Positions 59,003-64,000 of a stretch of DNA of 64,000 bases are shown here, piece by piece. The notes below the pieces were generated by a model. It worked only from the letters and a program-made list of their open reading frames with translations. It ran no database searches and had not been told where the DNA came from. Numbering within the stretch: position 1 is the stretch's first letter; each line of letters starts with the position of its first letter. Position numbers and translations under genes: made by a program. Source of the DNA: Fistulifera solaris (taxonomy: Eukaryota); contig AP026130.1 in NCBI GenBank assembly GCA_030295235.1, forward strand, positions 248,001-312,000. Direction: 5' to 3'.

Positions 59003-60337
59003 ATGAAGTCTCAAGATACACCATTGAAAGAAGAAGAAGCGAATGAACATCCAGCGGCGCGAAATCCTCCTTCGTATTATCCGCCTTCTCATCATCTTCC
59101 TCCTCCGCCGGGAGTCTTCTATCCTCCTCCTGTTGTACCAGCACAAAACACTACCAGTCCGTTCCACACATCACTACTTTTAGCGACAGGAGGTTTTTTG
59201 GGAATGACGGCGGCCGCGGCGATTCGGTGGTTGAATGGTGAAGATTTTTCCTTACTTCCTCCGAAACAGGACCCACCACCTTCCGTGGACGTCGAAGAAT
59301 TGCGACAACAACAACAACAGCAACAGCAACAACAACAAGTAGATAAAATTGTACAGCGTCTAACGAATGTGTTAGAAAAGCAACACGAAAAACAGCGGAC
59401 CAACGATTGTGTCAATTTGTTGCGAACGAAATCGTCGTCGTCGGAAGATGTCGTAGTACCCCGGTTGATGCAGATACAATCCGAGCTGACGGCGTTGCGA
59501 CAGACACTGCAAGAAAATGAGCCATGGGAACAGCAATTATCGGATACATTAAACAATTTACACGACTGCGTGGAGCATCTTCGAGGGAACACCGTCGATG
59601 ATGGTTCGAATCATCGTACCAACGCCATGACACGCGTCGAACTACCTAAATCATCACTGAATCATCCGAATGAAAACAACAAAGATCCGTCTCCTACTTC
59701 TTTAACAGAATCCGTCCGTACATTGATGGAACAGAACCACCCGGAGGATTTGCGGGCCGGTGTCCCACTGTTGTTTCTCTACATATCCAACCTATTGCAT
59801 CATCCGACGGCACCACGGTACCAAAAGATATTCATGTCAAATGACAGCTTCCAAAAAGTCGATCAATTGGTGGGTGGAAAAGAATTCTTGTTGGTACTGG
59901 GATTTGTGGAACAGGGCACCTATTTGGAATGGCAACAAGACGTGAAGGATCACGGGGAGGTATTACAGTGTGCGACGTCGGCTTTGAAAGTACTGAAAGC
60001 CGTGCCTTCTGTTATGGAACCGGAATTCGTGGAACGAGTCGTTGCGGCGGCGCGAGGAACCAGTTGTCCACCCACACCCACAATCCATACGTCTCATTTG
60101 GAAGAAATAAAAACACCGGAAATCGGTCTAATTGCATCACCACCAAATACGCGAAAACAACATTTTGAAAATCCTGCATTTCCGTTGCTGGATGGGAACG
60201 ATGTTGCTGATAATGATGAATCTCCCGTTTTGCCCATGTCTGCTCAAAGTAACCGAGAGCGGACGACCGAGGAATCGTTTTCACCAATTCGAGATAGCAC
60301 GGGTGATACGGAGGCTACAGATGTATTATGGAAATAG
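59003..60337 (+). CDS. PUB-domain protein with an N-terminal hydrophobic segment and coiled coil (Pex14-like architecture)
   Basis: Pro-rich start, a hydrophobic helix LLLATGGFLGMTAAAAIRW, polyQ and coiled coil, then PUB-like LYISNLLHHPTAPRYQKI..N..F...GGKEFLLVLGF. Confidence 0.7.
   Translation: MKSQDTPLKEEEANEHPAARNPPSYYPPSHHLPPPPGVFYPPPVVPAQNTTSPFHTSLLLATGGFLGMTAAAAIRWLNGEDFSLLPPKQDPPPSVDVEELRQQQQQQQQQQQVDKIVQRLTNVLEKQHEKQRTNDCVNLLRTKSSSSEDVVVPRLMQIQSELTALRQTLQENEPWEQQLSDTLNNLHDCVEHLRGNTVDDGSNHRTNAMTRVELPKSSLNHPNENNKDPSPTSLTESVRTLMEQNHPEDLRAGVPLLFLYISNLLHHPTAPRYQKIFMSNDSFQKVDQLVGGKEFLLVLGFVEQGTYLEWQQDVKDHGEVLQCATSALKVLKAVPSVMEPEFVERVVAAARGTSCPPTPTIHTSHLEEIKTPEIGLIASPPNTRKQHFENPAFPLLDGNDVADNDESPVLPMSAQSNRERTTEESFSPIRDSTGDTEATDVLWK
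59306..59338 (+). repeat. (CAA/CAG)n polyglutamine microsatellite
   Basis: caacaacaacaacagcaacagcaacaacaacaa encodes Q11. Confidence 0.9.
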
Positions 60338-60380
60338 ATGATTGAATAAAGAGAAAGTAATATACTATTAAATGGAAAAA

Positions 60381-63300
60381 TTAGGCAAAAGGGTCAAACG
60401 GATTCGTGCTCTTTGGCGGAGCTTGTTGAGAAGGTTGCGGAGCACTACTGGTATAACCTGCCTGGTATTGTGGAGTAGGTGCTTGCCCTTGGTTGTAATG
60501 ACTATTGTATCCTGAATATGGTGCTGTTTGCCCGGCGGCGGGGATAGACGGCTGAGCACTCGGCTGTGCAAATCCGTACCCTGCTGAGTTGTATACTGGG
60601 CCGACAGAAGGTGGGACTTGCGGAGGTGTGGAAGGAGCGTGAGCTAAAGGTGCCGCGTTATTTGCTACAACGGAAGGTTGTGCTGCAGGTACGGGGACAA
60701 TGGTTGGCTGATATGTTGTGTCGACTTGTATTGGAGCCTGGGCAGTCCCAATCAATCCAGCTCCGCTTGGAACCGTCCCAGGGATTTGTTGTGTCACATA
60801 TAAGTGTTGGTTAGCCACTTCGGGAGGGTCGGGTTTAGTAACGGTATCGAAGGGGTTTGAACTAGCTACCGGTACCGTTGGTTGGGAAACTGTCATGCTG
60901 TCGAAAATGCCCAACAAGTCATCGTTAACTTGGGGTACCGGCACCGAAGGGGCTGTGTTTGCCATTGCACCTCGCGGGTCGGTAATAGGCGGAATGTTGA
61001 CTATGGTCCCCCGAGCGTTCGGATGCATTGCAGCATGCATAGTATCAAAAGGAACATTGAACCATAACTTCTGATCGCGTGTCAACTGTACTACGTGTTA
61101 GTGATACCGCGTAAGAAAACAGCCACATACCAATTGCCGACAATTACTCACCCGCGGCGCAGCGTTATTCCGCAGCTGCCATCTCCGCTGTGCGCACACT
61201 CGCCGCACATTGAACAGCCGGGACCGATCAACGAGGAGACCATATACGTCAGTAGCCGCATTTCGAACCTGCTGCACTATTTGTCCCCGCATGTTTTCAT
61301 AATTCTTCATCGCTCGGATCTTATCAAGCCCATCTGTTGCTTCCGCAATCACGGCGGTTGGTCCGTGGTAAAGAAGGTTGCGCAAAATCATTAGTGCCTG
61401 GTAGCCGTGTTTCCATTGCATGCCTCGCGAATCGCGAATGCGCAGCCACAGAACCGACATGACATCGGCCAAAATGGTACTGCACTCAAGACACTCCTCG
61501 ACAAGCTGAGCCACAGCTTTTGCGTAATCGCCTTCAAAAGGTTTGTTGGATGTCAAGAGCATGGCAGTGCGACGAGCGTTTGATTGCACTGCCGCTGCTC
61601 TCCTCGACAGACTGCTTTGCGCGAGTTGACGACATACTTTTCGGACATCGAGTAGGCCAAAATCTATTTGATGCCTGCGGTGATAGTAACAGCACTGCAA
61701 GAACAGGGGTGTGTCAGGTGTATTGAGCGGCTGGCGGTTTCGGATTTCTTCGACACGGCGACTGACAAATTCCGCTAGCATTTGTGTCTGGCAGAAATTC
61801 TGCAGTAAGGGCCAAATGGGGGTGCCTTCACCTTCTCCCGCCGATCGTTTGTGGGCGAGATATTTATTTCGATCGAGTACGGCCGCCGAATCGCCCGGTG
61901 AAACAGAGAGATACCAACGAACATCTCCAAACATACAAAGGAAGAAAATGGTGAAAGAAATTCGCGCTTCCTCCTCGGCTGCCTCGTTGTGACAAGATTC
62001 AACATAGATATAGTCCGGTGCCATGGATTTCGCATCCGGTGCTTCCGTCGCGGCTAACTGCACTTCCACTTCTTCCACCTCTTCAACATCATTGCTGTCC
62101 TGGTTGCTCGACGATCCTTTTTTCTGCAAAAACATCTTGCCTTTGTTCTTAATTTTGTTCAAGGTCGTTTTTACGGCTTTCGTGGCTTTGGCCGCCGTTT
62201 CCCCCATATTGGCGAGCGCGGACTCCCCGTACATGGCTTTCTTATCCGCCTTGACAATGTCCACCAGCTCTTGCGCCAAGCACTCGGATGGCGTCGCGGG
62301 AGCACCCGATCCCAGCTGATTTACCATTTGTCGTGGCGACGAAAATTCTCCCTTGACCGTGGTCATGAACAGATCCGGAATGCGCTGATTGACGGTATTG
62401 GCATCCATACCCCGCGTTTCCATGTTGTTGGTGTCCAAATGAATAATAAGAACATCACCCAATCCGTCCGTATAGTCTAAACGGGACACCACGGGCGACA
62501 AAATACCAATCAAGTAGGGATAGGGCGCCGCCAGATACTGCCACAAATGCGGCGGCATGACGGGAATGTACAAATGCTGCCATTGGAGCATGCCTTGCGC
62601 CAGCATGGCGAGAGCCGCATGCGAGCAAGCGGCCAACCGGGTCGGACTATGGCTTACCATGATGACACGACGTTCCGAAAGAAGAGCCGACAAAATGCGG
62701 AGCGCGTGGGCCACACCCACACAGCGTAGTAGGGGTAAAATGGAGTTGCTGGCATTTGCCACGGATTGACTCGACGAGGCGGTCAGTAACGCGGTGGGAA
62801 TCAAGTAGCGATTGAGATCGACGGAAGTAAAGGTGGGAACGGACAATCCCAGTTCCAGTCCTTCCAAAGTTGCGAGAAGAGGAACTCCCTGTTGCTCTGG
62901 GGGTCTCGTCTGATATATTCTCGCCAAATGCTGCTGATGATTGACCAGATTGTGCAACAGCCACTTTTGCGGTTCCGCGTGAGCTTGTTGATACGGCGGC
63001 ATCGTCGCTTGATGGTAGGAAATCGCTTGCAACGATTTGAGAATAGAGGCATAGAGCGAATCGGCACCCGCCGCACGCGTCAATATCACCAGTGCCCGTT
63101 CTCCTCGTCGTCCTACATCGTATCGGGATCGAGCCACCAAATGGGGCGGTAAATACCTTCGTACGTGCCCATGCATGCGGGCGCCCGTACTGAGCTGCAA
63201 CGAAAACGTGAACTGAAGGAAGGGTGTATTTTGCATCGCGTGGTAGTCGTAACGATTGAGGGGTGACGCTCCTGAAGCGGGCGGAGCCGACGTCTGATCG

Positions 63301-63478
63301 TATTCTGGAAACGCAAAACTGGCGACTTGCGGGATACTTTTTGCATTTCTTCCATGAGAGCATCGTCTCTTGCCGGGGACGGCACCCAGAAGGGTTTTGG
63401 GCAAGACGACGAAGCCGCTGGATGCGGAACATCCAAAAACAGATCAAAGAGGGGCAGCGGGCTTGCAGGTGCCGCCAT
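60381..63478 (-). CDS. DENN-domain protein fused to an ENTH domain and an epsin-like tail; intron 61086-61151; frameshift near 63350
   Basis: uDENN FAFPEY...FTFSL...HGHVRR; cDENN SALLSERRV...QWQHLYIPVMP...AAPYPYLIG; dDENN FCQTQMLAEFV; ENTH VLWLRI...WKHGYQALMILRNLLYHGP; tail motifs DLLGIFD, NPFD, NPFDPFA. Confidence 0.88.
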
Positions 63479-64000
63479 TTTGCAGCGTCTTTTTGTTGAA
63501 CGAATTATAAATAGCTTCAAGTGAATCAATACAGATTGCTGATTACCTTGTTAATGCGCAACCCATTTTCCTCTCGTCATCGGCTGCTTCCGCGACGACG
63601 GTTGAAAAATCCAACCGCAATCGCACCTCGTGTCGTACTGGTTTCTGTCGGATCCGTTAGGAGCTCGGAGTAATAGGAGGTCATTATCTTTTGGAATCGC
63701 TATAATGTGTATCGTGAGAAGATACTACAGCCTAATGCTAAACAATGAAAAAGACGAAAGCGAACGATGATATGACCTGGTTGCTTATGAACCGGTCGAT
63801 GCTCAGAAATGAACAGAAAGTAGCGTTGGCAAACTATCAAGCGATCACTATTCTTTTATATTGATGAGAACACCCATCCTACAAAAGAGTAACTTCAAGA
63901 GCTTGTTTCAAGGTCGCAAGCTCCACGCCATAACTCTTTGCGCCTTCGCTCGTGTCGCAACCGAGACTTCCCAGCGCCCGGTTCTCCAAGAAGATGCAAT

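Noticed and set aside
1..64000. tRNA, rRNA or CRISPR arrays
   Set aside because: None recognised by eye. GTTCGA-like motifs fall inside coding regions without cloverleaf context.

Overview
Gene-dense eukaryotic nuclear DNA, most likely from a pennate diatom. This is inferred from bipartite plastid presequences (ATAFAP, VDAFG, TEAFQ), short GT-AG introns and a CoDi-like Ty1/Copia element. The window holds about 26 protein-coding genes and one full-length, apparently young Copia LTR retrotransposon (2310-9130). Many conserved genes carry single-base frameshifts, often in homopolymer runs; these look like long-read assembly errors rather than pseudogenisation. Main points of interest: (1) a kinesin-4 motor apparently encoded in one gene with a C-terminal PRC1/MAP65/Ase1 microtubule cross-linker, i.e. 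two known spindle-midzone partners fused; (2) a retrotransposon with identical 89-bp LTRs bounded by CG...CG instead of TG...CA, a 4-bp target-site duplication and a non-standard primer-binding site; (3) further unusual domain combinations: DENN + ENTH/epsin, VHL-like + prolyl hydroxylase, a tail-anchored ROK kinase, and FEX with a large insertion; (4) kb-scale blocks of contrasting AG/CT dinucleotide and codon usage whose borders cut through genes. All domain calls come from reading motifs by eye; no database searches were run.
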